A stretch of 64,000 nucleotides of DNA from Fonticula alba ATCC 38817 (GCA_000388065.2 KB932201.1), one strand, 5' to 3'. Positions 22,372 through 34,669 are shown, counted from the first letter of the stretch. Notes: generated by a model from the letters alone, not told the origin. Program-made: numbers and translations.

Positions 22372-25300
22372 ATGCCGCTGCCGGACGCCACCTACCATCC
22401 CAGCCGGTACCTGCTGCTGGGAGGGCTCCGGCCGCTGGGACGGCCGTCCCTCGGGTACTTGGTCCCCCGGCTGTCGGAGGGGGCCCGCTACCAGCTGGCG
22501 GTGTCGGCCTTGGCTCCGAATTCCGGCCTGGTGCTGGACAACCTGACCCCCATTTGGGCCACGGTTCGACACCGGAATGCCCCCTTCGCGCCGCCCTCCT
22601 GCGATGATGAGGCCCTGCCGGTGCGGCTGGCGGTGCAAGTTTACAGCAGCCTGGCCGCGGCCACCGGGGCCCCGTGCACGGATCCCGGCGTGCCGCAGGG
22701 GACCAAGGCGGCCAAAGCCGCGGCGGCGGCCGCCGCATCGACCGCCGCCCCGGTGGAGGTGTGCTCCGACCGGGCATTCTCCCTGCCGACGGAGTTCTCC
22801 TGCCTGAGGCCGGTGGCCGGCTTGGCGGCCGGTACCCGGCGCTTGGCGCATGCGGCCTCCAGCCCGGGGCTGCCGGCGCGCCATGTGCTGGACTCGCGCT
22901 CCGGCACGCCATTGCGTTTGGTGGTGCGCTCGGAGACCGACCTGCTCACCGCGTGCATCCATCGGCTCGGGGCCTTCACCGCGTGCTCCCTCAGCCGGCT
23001 GCTGCTGGGGGAGGATTCCCTGCAGTTGACCGGTGCCGGGAGCCCGGCCGCTCCCATGCAGGGGACCGGCCCGCCGGAGGGCACCCCTCCGCCGGTGGCC
23101 AGCACGCCGGGGCTCCGGAAGCCCCCCCGGTTGCCGGTGTCGGCCATTGCCCTGGCCCGGCCGCAGCGGGATTGCCTGATCATCCCTCGGCGCGCGCGCC
23201 CGGGGCTCGGCCGGCAGATGGGCCTGGCGCTGAAACGCTCGGCCACCGACACCTGGAACATGGCCTGGGCCACGGTGACCGGGCGCTATCGTCGGCGGCT
23301 GGTGCCCTCGGCGCGGGCCGACCCCGGGGCCAGGTGGTCGCCGCGGCTGGCCGGCCCCAGTGCCCTGGCCGCCCGGTCGGCCGACTTCCTGGCCACCTGC
23401 GTGGTGGATTCCATGCGGGCGGCCTTCCTGGCGACGGTCTTGTCGCCGGTCCTCCTGGCCGCGCCCATCTGCCTGTCAGACAACTCGCCGGTGTGGCTGC
23501 GCACCGCCTTCTGGCACCTTGTGACCGAGGCCCTGGAGCTATGCGGGCCGACATTCATCAAGCTCGGCCAGTGGGCGGCCACCCGGCCGGACATGCTGCC
23601 CCCCGAGGCGGCGAGTGCCCTTTCGCGATTGCACAGCGCGGTCAAGCCCCACTCGGCGGCCGTGGCCCGGGCCTCCCTGGCGAAGGCCGTGGCGCCGGCA
23701 CAGCTGGCCTCGGTATTCAGTCGCTTTGAGGATGTTCCCGTTGGTGCTGGCTGCATTGCTCAAGTCCACCGGGCGGTGCTGCGTCAAACCGGGCAGGTGG
23801 TCGCCGTGACGATCCAGCATCCCGGCGTGCGGAAGGTGGTCGAGCGGGACTTGAGGCTGATCCAGCGCGCGGCGGCCACCGGCGAGTGGCTCATTCCCTG
23901 GATCCAGGTGACCGGCGCGGCCAACACCTTTGCCCAGGTGATGCGCGAGCAGATGGACTTCCGTCAGGAGGCCCGGCATCTGGATCGGTTTTTGGAAAAC
24001 TTCGACGGCGTGTCCGAAGTCACCTTCCCGATGCCCGTATGGCCGTATGTATCGCGCGAGGTTGTCGTGGAGACCTTCCTCCAGGGGATACCCATCAGCC
24101 AGTGCGTGGGGCACTTTGTTCTTGCCTTGTGCTTGGCTCTTTTGCTCTTCCCTTTTTCGCCCCTTCCTTTCGCATTCGCTGCCGTGCCCCCCTTTCCCTG
24201 GGTTTGTGAGGATGCCGCCGCCGCCGCCGGGCTCGTTTCTTTTTTTTCTTTTTTTTCTTTTTTTTGCTGACAAGAGCACCTGCCGCCGGGATGGGCACAC
24301 ACAATCCTTGATCCATGCATCGGGGCTGGATGTGCCTCCCTTCCTTGTCCCTTTGTTCGTGCCTTTCTGCGTGCGTGTACATGCGCGTGGGTAGTTTCCT
24401 CGAACGTCAGGATGAATTCACGCGATCGCTGTCGGCCGTCGGGCTGTCGGCCTTCCTGAAGATGATCCTCGTGGACAATTACATTGTACGTGTGGTGGCG
24501 GCCACGGTGTGCCTTTCTTTGGCATGGTCCTGCTCTCATTGGCTTGGGCCATCCGCCAGCTGGCCGGCGCGCTCCTTTTTTGCTCGGGTTCCCCCATTTT
24601 GGATTGGGAACTTACACCCACCCGCCCACCCGCCCACCCACACACCCACACACACGCACGCAGCATGCCGATCTTCATCCTGGCAATATCATCGTCCAGC
24701 CGGGCAGTCTGGTGGAGCCACGCCCGCCAACCGGGATCCGGGGATTCTTTTCGCGGCTTTCCTCCTCGACCGGTCGGTCTGCCGGTTCGAGCGGCCCCCA
24801 GGAGGAGAATCTCTTCTCGGCCGCGCGGCTGGGCGGCCCTGCCGAGGGAGCCGCCTCGGCGGAGGGTCCGCTTGGGGTGTTGGCCTGGCTGCAATCGCTC
24901 TTCTTCGGCCAGGGCCTTGGGTCATCGGTTGCGCGCACTCAGCCGCGCCTTGGGTTTGTGGATGCCGGGATTGTGGTCCGCTTGAATCCGGCCGATCGGA
25001 CAAACTTCGTCGACCTCTTTTCGGCGGTGGTCTTCGGCCGTGGGGCCCTTGCGGCCACGTTGATGATCGAGCGCAGCTCCAAGCCCGAGAGTGTCCTCGA
25101 CCGGGAGGGCTTCGTTCGGGAGATGACTCGTGTCATTGATTTCGTCCAACGGAACTCCTTCAAGGTGCGTCAGCTACTTTGTCGCCGGGGCATGCACACC
25201 TCCATGCATCCAAAGGCACACGGCCACATTCCGGCATATGGCCGCCCTTGTTCCTTTGATCGCCCACTGACATGGGCCCCGCCTCTGTGCTCCCTTCCTT

Positions 25301-25794
25301 CGGCCGTGTCGTTGCGCATCTACCCTTTCCGCGGCGGATCGCCGATGCTCGCCCCTGGGTCTCCTTCCCGGCCCGCGCGCACACACACGCACACACGCAC
25401 ACATCCCGGCACCTCCGAGTAGCTTGGTAATGTCCATGTGTCCGAGGTCCTGAGCCACGTTCTGGATCTGGTCCGGGTGCATCGGGTCATGATAGATACA
25501 TCCTTCACATCGCTCATCATGGGCATCATCATTCTCGAGGGCCTGGGCCGGCAGCTGTACCCGAATCTAGATCTGCTTGACGTGGCGCGCCCGTGGCTGG
25601 CCCGGGCGGATGGCGAGCTTCAAGAGCTGGCCGCGCCGAGCCGCATGCTGGCCGCCGCCCTGACAGCCCGGTCGATTGCACGTCGGGTGATCGGCGATTT
25701 CACAACCCCGGAGGATCGGACTTTTGCCTCCGGCGGGCCGGACGCCGCTCAGACACCCTCTCCACCGCCTTCGCCCAAGTTCCCGACCCTTTGA
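22372..25794 (+). CDS. ADCK2: ABC1/UbiB atypical kinase, ADCK2 (Cqd1)-like, with a long N-terminal extension
   Basis: Motifs: LCGPTFIKLGQWAATRPD (KxGQ), PVGAGCIAQVHRA, EQMDFRQEARHLDRF, HADLHPGNIIV, FVDAGIV (DAG is typical of ADCK2), VMIDTSFTSLIMGIIILEGLGRQLYPNLDL. The start codon is uncertain. Confidence 0.88.
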
Positions 25795-26546
25795 GCGCGA
25801 CCGGTGGAAGGAACCGCCGAACGGCGGACGGCCAGCTCCCCTGCCTGGGCTGTCTCTCGGGGAGGGCGCCCATAGTCATACGATGTCATCTTTTTTCTTC
25901 TTTTTTTTCCTTTTCCCTTGTCGCCCTGTGTGAGCGTGGGTGTGGATGGGCGTGCGCGGCCGTTCCGCGCAATAGAGCGAACGCCCTCCTGTCTAGATGC
26001 GCACCCCTGGCCCTGCTCGCCCCTGCCGACACTCATCGCCCTCTGCCACACTCCATAGGGAGTTAGCAGGTGGATGCGCCGGTGGGCGAGCCGGCGAGGT
26101 CCCCGCACCCAGGCACACGCGCCCGCGCCCGCGCGCCCGCGCGCCCTCCCCCCCCCCCCCGTTGCTCTCCGTGGCCCTCTGACAAATGTGCCGGGGCATG
26201 TGCCCCGCGCTTGAATATACACCTAGATCCGTTGGGAGTTGGTCGTTTTTTCGTGGCGATTTTGAACTTGTCTCGGGGGCGCGCTCGCGCAGAGGCCGGG
26301 GGGGCGAGGCGGGGGGGGGGGGGGATCTCCATGCTGGCTTGTGCGTTCGGGCAAAGAAGCAGCCTGGCGGGCGCCCGGGGGTCAGATCTTGGCCACCAGC
26401 CTCCCTTGCCTCTCCTCCCCTCCAGGCACATGCGCAAGCACACGCCTGCTTTCTCTCCCCCTTCCCCCTTCTTGCTTCCTTCCCGCCTCCACGCCCTCTC
26501 CCTCGCCCACTTGGCAATCTACTCCCGGCCACACACGCGCAATACC

Positions 26547-29077
26547 ATGGCCTCCATTGGCGCCTTCCATGATGACCACTTCGGTGCCCAGTCGAAGGAG
26601 GCTTCCACGGTCACATTGGCCTATACCTGCTTCGAATATCGCCTGAGTACGTTGGGGGGCTTCCATGCGCCGCGCCGCCGAGCATGTGCCCGGGGCATGG
26701 TTGGGTGGTGGCTGTCCATTTGCCGGCCTACGGTTACCAGTGCGCCGATGCTCACCTGTCTGTCTCTGCAGTTGATGACCTCGATGTCAGTCAGTTGGAT
26801 GCGGCTGAGGCTCTCGCGCCGCCGGGTGAGTCCCAGCCTCGCACCTTCTCCCGGACAGCCGACGAGGCTGAGGCCGGTGACGATGTTGCCGGGGCCGGGG
26901 GCCCGGCCCTCGCCCCTGTGCCGGCCAAAGTCCAGGTACCTCGCCATGAGGAAGCAACTGACCAGCCGGAGTCCAAGCGCCGGCGCATTTGCCCAACCCC
27001 GGTGGACACGCTGCCCGAGCGCCCGGCCGCCATGGTCGTGCAGGATGCCGAAAGCACCGACGAGGAGGCCCCGGACGAGGAGTCCGGCAGTGATGTCGGC
27101 GAGTCCGGCAGCGATGGGTCCACCGGCGATGACAGCCACAGCGATGGGGATGACAGCGAGGAGGACGAAACCCCGGAGGGTGGCTGGTTCCTGCACCAAG
27201 TCTTCGGCGCGGATGAAACCATCATCGGGCATGTGAATCCCCGGGTGAAGGTGTATCAGGCGGCGGACACACTGCTCCCTCTGCTGGTGGCCGAAAGTGA
27301 TGCCGTCCTGGCCGGGCCATTGACCACCAACCTGGAGGGGTGCCTGCGTCCCTGGCTGCCGGCTGATTGTGCGTTTCGCCCTTGAGAGAGGGGGGGGGGG
27401 GGGGCGTCTTTCATGCGGCATGGTGACCTAGTTGCTGACACGGTCCGCTCCTTTGCCCGGTGTGCTTTTCACCTCCGCCACTGCTTGTTGCTCGGAGCAG
27501 ACGAGACAAGCCCGGAGAAGTGGGTCGAGCGCGCGCGGCAGGAGCGCGCGACCTTTCAGCCTCCGGGCGAGCGTGTGGCCGAGTTTCTGGCCCTTCCAGG
27601 GAACTTTGCCACCGGCTCGTCGGATGCCGATGACACTGCCGTCAAGTACTCGGTCTTCCGCGTGCGTTGGTCTTGGATTGTGCTCTGCCCCGCCCTTTTA
27701 CTCGCCTCTCGCCGATGGGCACGCGTGTGGCATCGTCTGACAGGGCCCTCGGGGACTTTTGACATGGGCAGTGCCACATCACGGATCCCGGCGCGCGTGC
27801 TTTCCACCACCGTGCCCATCTGTTGACTGCGCTGAATATCGAAACGGCCTCGGCCGAGCCCGGCGGCCTGGACGACAGCGACAAGTGGGTGATGTACTAT
27901 GTGTGCGTGATGGCCCCACCGGCCGAATGCCATGCGGATCTGCCTGCCTTGCTGGCGTGCCGACTGGCGCTCCTGCAATTGCCGCCACCGCCGCCGCCGC
28001 CGCCGCCCTTTCCGGTGTGTGCGCAGGTTCGAGCATGCGGGCGATCACCTTCGCTTCGCGGGCCTGGCAACAACGCATCCCTTCTACCAGCGTGCGGATC
28101 GCCTTGTCTGGCGTCTGGCTTTGCTGACGGTGTCCCCGGCACATGGGCGCCGGGGCATCGGCCGTACGTGTTGGCCCTTGGGCCCTTCCTGCCTTTTGCC
28201 CGGCCCTCTGCCCCTGTGTGCTGGGCCATCCTCGCTTGCGAGATCTCCCTCGGCCCTCTTGCTTACACACATGGGCGTCCCCATCGGCCCCACCATTCGT
28301 CCATACACACATAGAGAGGATCTATGAGGCGGTCTTCGCGGATATCTACACTCGCTTTGGCGACGTGCTGGCTGCCTTCACAAGTGCGTGCTTCGCTTCT
28401 CCTGGCGCATCCTGCCGCCCGCCATGTGGGGTCCCTCGCTGCGGTGGTACTTCCCCGGCTGACTTGTCGGGCTCTGCCCATGTATCTCCCTCAGTCGAGG
28501 ATCCGAATCCGTCGATGCAGCAGCTCCGCGATCGGGCGGATCTGGCCCTGCTGCTGGACTGCCAGCCGGCTGTGTGGCTGACCAGTGGGCAGGATGAGCG
28601 GCGACAGCTCCGCCGCGGGGACCTCCGGCCGCTGGCCTGTGCGCCGGCCACTTTGCCGATTGTTCCGCTGTCGAGCCAGCCGGCTGCCGTGGCCAGCGGG
28701 AACTTCCTTCGCCCGGGGCTCCGGCGGTCGGCCGACGTGTCGGCCGATGAGCGTCTGCTGGCCGAGCTGACCGAGGGTCAGGTTGGTGTCCCGACGGCCC
28801 AGTCTATCGGGGCCATTTGTCGCCTGCTGCGGGTGTCGCGGGTGCAGGCCGGGCGCCTGGCTCTCGGGCTTTGCTTGTGGGCGCACTTCGGTGGCCGTGG
28901 CCGCTGGGGCGCCATCGACCGGCACCAGCTCCTGACTCAGCTGCGCCTGTGGAGCAAGGGCCGCACATATGTCGAGGTGCGTGTGCGAGGAATGGCTCCT
29001 CGATGCCTGTGCTCCTGCCATTCCCCTGTCGATCGCTGACCTGCCCCATCATTCCTCCGCCGCTTCCTTGGCCGTCC

Positions 29078-29138
<61 letters not shown>

Positions 29139-29369
29139 CTCAATCTGGCTCCCCTGCTGACGGCCCGCCATCTGGAGGTCCCGGGAGTCAAGTCGGCCGA
29201 GGAGATCGCCGCCGCTCAAAAGAAGGCCCGACATGGCACGGTGGCCGCCGCCACCCGGGCCCAGGTCTTGGATGCACTGGCTGACAACTGGCAGGAGACC
29301 GAGTCCCGCTGGCGGCAGATTGTCCGGTCGGTCGAGCACCGCCTGGCCGGCGGCGAGAACCAGCCATGA
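26547..29369 (+). CDS. HAT1: Histone acetyltransferase type B catalytic subunit
   Basis: FLHQVFGADETIIGH (Hat1_N), FQPPGE, FHHRAHLLTALNIETAS..DKWVMYY, motif A LLTVSPAHGRRGIG, catalytic VEDPNPSMQQLRD, and a C-terminal helix ending ESRWRQIV..GGENQP*. GT-AG junctions are consistent, e.g. 26647-26771. Confidence 0.88.
29078..29137. repeat. Intronic (CA)n microsatellite
   Basis: About 30 CA units, directly visible. Confidence 0.95.
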
Positions 29370-29617
29370 TACAGTCGGCTTCTTGCCTCCTGTCTCCCAG
29401 CTATGAGGCCCATCCTACGACGGGGCATAAAAAGATGTTGCAAAAGAAAAATGGACACATGTAGTTCGTTTGGAGGTTGTATTCTTTCCCTCCCTTGTGC
29501 AGACACACGTACGAGAGGGGGGAGAAACATACTATGCACGAGGCAGGGAGGGGGGGGGGAGGGAGGGAGGACCAGGAGGAACTATAGGGGAGGCTATGCA
29601 CACACACACACACACCC

Positions 29618-31003
29618 TTAGAGCTTGTCGTAGCGGTGGGTGTCAGAGCCGATGGAGGACCCCTCGCCCGGGGAACCGGCGGAGCCCTCCTCACCGAGGA
29701 CCGAGCCCATGGTCATGCCGCGCTTGCGAGCATAGGACAGACCAAAGAAGCCGGCCACCACGAGGACCAGAGAGAAGATCATGCCGCCGATGAAGAGGCC
29801 GGCGGTGCTGGGGACCTTGTGGCACTTGCCACCCTCCGGGGGGCAGTAGTAGCCGCGGTTGCAGGGCTGGTCGCAGGAGCACGACAGGATGTTGCTGCAG
29901 TTGCCCTTCTCCGAGAGGGGGATGCACCCGGTCTTGGAGCAGTAGATGCAATCCGGGGAGGAGCTGCAAGACGAGCAGCTGGTGATGGCAGAGCAGTCGA
30001 CGCACTTGTCATTCGAGCCGAAGATCCAGCTGCGAGTGCCATTGCACGTGTAATCCAGCGGCCCGAGCGAGGAGCCGAAGTTGCACCGACGAGTGGTCGA
30101 GCACCAGCCGCAGTTGGGGAGCTTGGCGCAGGAGGCGCAATCGGTCTGGGCCTCGCAGAGGGGCTCCTCCTCGGAAGAGGACTCCGGGCAGGCATACGGC
30201 GACCGGGCCGACAGGGTGTAGCTGCAGGGCCGGCTGCGGTTCAGGTGGTTGGAGGCAGTCAGGTGCGTGAGGGGGACATCCAGCTGGGGGTCACACTCGA
30301 TGGTGATCAAAACCTGGTAGGTGGTCATGATGTTGAGGTCCGGGTCGAAGCAGCTGTCACCGCCGCGGTAGGAGACCAGCACGCCGCGGGTCTTGTCGGC
30401 GCTCGGGTAGCCGTGGATTTCCATGGACGACAGGCGGCCGATGGGGGTGGAAGAGGCGGTGGAGGTGCGGTACTCGCAGAAGGAGGCGGTGTTGGCCTCG
30501 ATGGAGGCCGGGGCGTCGGTGTTCTCGGTGGCGGCATCGGGCTTGGAAGCGCAGGGGAGGACCACCGGCTCGCAAATGCGGAAGTAGGCAATGTAGTCAT
30601 CATTCGACAGGTCGACAGCGATGAAGTCGGACGTCTCGTTGGTCGGGCGGATCTTGCCCAGGTGGGGGAAGTGAATGAAGCGGTTGGACCGGGGGTCGAA
30701 GGTCTGGAACCGGCAGTTCACCTCATCCGGCGGGGGGGGGAGAGAACCGGAGTCCGAGCTGCTGGAGCCCTCCTCCGGGGGAGGGAGGTCCGACCCGGGG
30801 GTCGAGTCATCCGGCATCGAGGTGGAGGCCGAGGCGGAGGCCGAGGTGGAGGCCGAGGCGGAGGCCGAGGCGGAGGCCGAGGTGGAGGCCGAGGCAGAAG
30901 CCGAAGCCGAGGAGGCGTCAATGGTCATGGCCGCGGTCGTCGTGGCCGCCATCATGACCAGCGCCAGCAGGCCCAGCAGCATGCGGAGCTTGGGGAGGCC
31001 CAT
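29618..31003 (-). CDS. Intronless type-I membrane protein: signal peptide, Ser/Ala stalk, MRH (M6PR/ATG27-like) domain, two PSI-like Cys modules, TM, YxxL tail
   Basis: Signal MGLPKLRMLLGLLALVMMAA. MRH signatures YFRICEP, VLVSYRGGDSC, LITIECD, CSYTLSARSPYACP. PSI-like CEAQTDCASCAKLPNCGWCS and CSAITSCSSCSSSPDCIYC. TM GLFIGGMIFSLVLVVAGFFGLSY. The protein ends in RYDKL*. Confidence 0.85.
   Translation of the reverse strand: MGLPKLRMLLGLLALVMMAATTTAAMTIDASSASASASASTSASASASASASTSASASASTSMPDDSTPGSDLPPPEEGSSSSDSGSLPPPPDEVNCRFQTFDPRSNRFIHFPHLGKIRPTNETSDFIAVDLSNDDYIAYFRICEPVVLPCASKPDAATENTDAPASIEANTASFCEYRTSTASSTPIGRLSSMEIHGYPSADKTRGVLVSYRGGDSCFDPDLNIMTTYQVLITIECDPQLDVPLTHLTASNHLNRSRPCSYTLSARSPYACPESSSEEEPLCEAQTDCASCAKLPNCGWCSTTRRCNFGSSLGPLDYTCNGTRSWIFGSNDKCVDCSAITSCSSCSSSPDCIYCSKTGCIPLSEKGNCSNILSCSCDQPCNRGYYCPPEGGKCHKVPSTAGLFIGGMIFSLVLVVAGFFGLSYARKRGMTMGSVLGEEGSAGSPGEGSSIGSDTHRYDKL
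30820..30916. repeat. GAGGCC/GAGGCG/GAGGTG hexamer tandem repeat encoding (SA)n
   Basis: Directly visible; encodes SASASASTSASASAS on the minus strand. Confidence 0.9.
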
Positions 31004-32124
31004 GGTGGTGCAGGGAGGGGGGGGGGGAGGCAGCAGCAAAGGTGGAGCAGCGGCAGGATTTGCGGCAGATCGTGGACCGGGCCGCCTACTGGGGCACCTG
31101 AAAAGGGGGACTCGCGTGTACTCGCACACGCCGGCCCCCCTCCCCCCGTTTCGCCCAACTCATCCCCCCCCCCCCCCTCTACAACTTGTGGGAGGCGGGG
31201 CGTGTGAGGAATGCGCCAACCTCCGTGCATGCCGGGATGCCGAAAGCTGGGGTACCGTTCGCCCCTTGTTCCCCGGCTCATCCCTCGAGGGGGTCCCGGC
31301 GGCGGGTCACTGTGTGGGGCACAAATGAGATCCCCCGCCCCCTCCCCGCCCCCCCACACACAGAGCAACAGACGAGGGGCCAGGAGCCGGCGCCCATGCG
31401 TGCCCCGCCGTACTGGGAGGCGGGGGCACCAGGTCCGGCGCCCTTGGGTACTACGCGGAGGTGAGTGCGCCTTGCCCGCGCGCGCTAAGGTCGTCCGGCT
31501 TGATTGGGGGATGTCCATCCGGGTTCCCGCGTCCCGAGGACCGGGGGGAGGGGGGGGGGGTGGGAGCGCCGGCTCGCTCGGGCATCGCACCCCCCGGCGG
31601 CGCGGGCCCAAAATCCAATAACATTGCCCCGGGTCCGTGCGCCCCCACTCCCCCGTGGGGCCGTGAATAGTGAAAGGCAGCGGACGACCTGGGCGAGAGA
31701 GTATGTGGGAGTGCCCCGATCCAGCCATGCATGACACATGGAAACGCACAGGGAGGCTGCCAGCTGGGGGTGCCCTCCTCGCGCTCGGTCGCCTCCTCGC
31801 TTGCCCTCTGGCCCTGGTTCTTTGCGCCTGCGGGGGTGCGCGCCGGTCCGCCCCCGCTCACTTTCTCTCCCTCTCCCCCCCCCTCTCCGGGGGTCGTGCT
31901 GGTGGCTGGATCGGCCGAGGCCAGGTCTGGGGCTGGCTCCGACTCGAGCATGTGATCATATCACTCTTATGGGCCGTGTGAGCTTCACCCTCGAGGCGTG
32001 ATATGGCAGCTCGCTGCCGGATTTGAGCCGCTCCTCTTCCTGGTGAGTGGGAGAAAGCCCCGGTCAAAAAAGGGTGCCCTGGGGGGGAACAAGCACACAA
32101 TTCCATGTACAAGGTGCAAGCGTC

Positions 32125-32162
<38 letters not shown>

Positions 32163-32779
32163 AAGTGCTGAGGCACGCGCCCGAGATAGCCTTGGAGGCG
32201 GGCGGCTTCCTCCCCGACACCCTCCGAAACGCACCAGGTCAATCGCTCCTGCCCAAAAGAGGGCTGGGATGTGCCGATGCACCACCACGCCCCCCCCCCC
32301 CCCCCCCCTTCGGAGGGGGTCTTCTTGGTTTGGGCGGTCCTTCCTTTGCTGGTTCCCAGGGCAGCAAGGAGCGGTCGGCGAGGGGGGGGGGGGGGGCGGG
32401 GCGCTAGGCCAAGGCCGGGGTAGATGCCAAGGCCGGCCTCCATCCCTCTTTTATGTTCCTCTGATGGTGTTCGGGGCAGGCTTTTTCCTGGTCCTCAGAG
32501 GCAGCACCTGGAGAACCGTCAGGATCTTGCCTCAGGGCAGGGCGAGAGGGGGGGGGGGGGGGAGAGAGATCTGAGCCGAGCGGGCTTCCTACGGGGGGAC
32601 AGCCGAAAGCACACCAGCTTGCGGCGGACTCCGGTTTGGCCCGGGCCCGCCACACCATCCCGTCTTCCTCCCCACGCCGCCCACCCGCCGTCCTCCTCCA
32701 CTCCTTCGCCCCCCCCCCCCTCCCCCCTCCCGCCCTCCCCTCCCCTTTTTCTTGCCCGCGGCTCATTTAGAAAGCGAAC

Positions 32780-34486
32780 ATGTCGGACGACCCCTTCTTT
32801 GCCGTGAAGGAGTATGTTTCCCTCTTCCCTCCTGCTTGGTTCCCCCTTCCCGCGGTCATTTTCGCCCCTCCCTTTGCGCTGCCTGTCAAGCCATTGGGCC
32901 TCTAACCGGCTTTTCCCCGCCCTGCCATTGCCCCGGCCACACATAGCGATGTCGAGAGGGTCACCCGCCAGGTGCTGGAGCAGCGCGCCCAGTGGAACAA
33001 GCTCCTGGGCATCACCGACCTGGCCAACCCGACGCCACACTTCACGGATTTGGTGAATGAGCTGCAGAACAACATCGAGACCATTGAGTATGACCTGCAG
33101 GATCTCGAGGAAACCATCGGTACCTTTGTAACTCGCCCGCTCGCTCGCGCGCGCCCTCCCCGGGAGCCCCCTGTCGGAGCAAAGGCCCTCCGTTTGCTTC
33201 TCGGGGGGGAGGGGGGGGGGGCGCCCTCCGCTGTCGCTCTCTCCTCGGCCGGCAGTCCCTACTGAGGCCCCTCTCGCCCTCCTTTCTGACACATGTTCCC
33301 CCTCCGTCGGGCCTCTCCCTCGCCTGGCCGGCCCTCCTTTCCGCCCTGGGGCCAGTCATCGTCGAGGCCAATCCCCACAAGTTCCGCCTTGCCCCGGGCG
33401 AGCTGGCCGCGCGCCGGTCGTTTGTGGCCAACACGCGCGCTGTCATCCAGGAAACCCGTGCCGAGCTGTCCGGCCCGAAATACCAATCCAAGTTGGCCGC
33501 CGATAAGCGTAAGGTATGGCCTTCCTCCCTGCGACTTCCCTTCCCCTTTCCTTGGCCCGTATAGCCATGGTGTTGGGACATTGCTAACCGGTCCCGATGT
33601 GTTCGCGCCCCGGCAATGCCATCGCAGGCCCTTACCCAGGCGGCCAAGAGCCCTGGGCTGTTGGCTCGCGAGGCCAACCAGCGCGCCACCAATGAGCGCG
33701 TCCTCGCCGAGGGTGGCCAGGATCTCCAGCAGGTGCGTATCTCAAGTGCAACGGCCCTGCCTCGGCATCCTGGCAAGGTTCACCAACACATTCCCCCCCC
33801 CCCCCCCCCTCCTGTTCCCTCTCCTCCTGCGGACACAACTGTACCTGGTCATGTGTTGGGGGGCGCTGTGAATTCCATCGCAGATTGTCAAGACCCAGGA
33901 CTTGACCCTGGAGAAGATTTCTTCGACGGTTCAGAACCTGCGCATTGTGGCCGAGGCCATCGGCGAGGAGGTGGACCTTCACAACCGGTGCGCCCACTGT
34001 TTGCTCTTCCTCGGCCTCTCTCTCTCTCTCTCTCCTTTACTCTCTTTGGGCCCGTCCCTTGCCTTGCTTTCCTTTTTCCTCGCTTTGTCTTGGGGCTCGT
34101 GTCTTGGTGCTTGTGCTTTTCCCCTCGTGTCCAGATACTCTCCCGCTGAATCCCATGCGGTGCCTGGGCCCCTCCTCTGACCCTTTCCATGTCCGACATA
34201 TGCACAGTATGCTTGACGATCTTGAGGCCGACGTTGAGAACACCACCAACCGCATCAACCACACAATGTCCTCAATGACCAAGGTTTTCAAGGACGCGAA
34301 GTGTGCGTGCCCATTTGCACTCTTCCCTCCATGCATGTGTCCGGCCCGTGCTCACCTTCTCCCTCCTCTTCCCCCTCTTCCCTCTGCCCCCTTTGCTCCC
34401 TATCTCCAGCCAATAAGTCCATGCTGGTCATTGCCTGCCTTATCATCACCATCATCATTCTTGCTATCCTTGCGGTTGCTCTCTGA
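32780..34486 (+). CDS. STX6: Qc-SNARE syntaxin-6/10 (Tlg1-like)
   Basis: MSDDPFFAVK, YDLQDLEETI, VEANPHKFRL..ELAARRRFV (syntaxin-6 N-terminal domain), SNARE motif QDLTLEKIS..MLDDLEADV, and a C-terminal TM anchor VIACLIITIIILAILAVAL*. Confidence 0.9.
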
Positions 34487-34669
34487 TGTGGCTGTGCGGT
34501 TGCCAGACCGTCTGTATAAAAAAAACCTCTTCACATTTTCCCCCCCCCCTTTTGCCTTTGCTGCAGCAGCGAAAGCAGCTGGCCCCGTTTTCCCGCCCTC
34601 CCGCCCTCCCGCCTTCCCCCTCTTTGGTGTATTCGTGCGCATGCACACCTGCCCACACACATACACACA

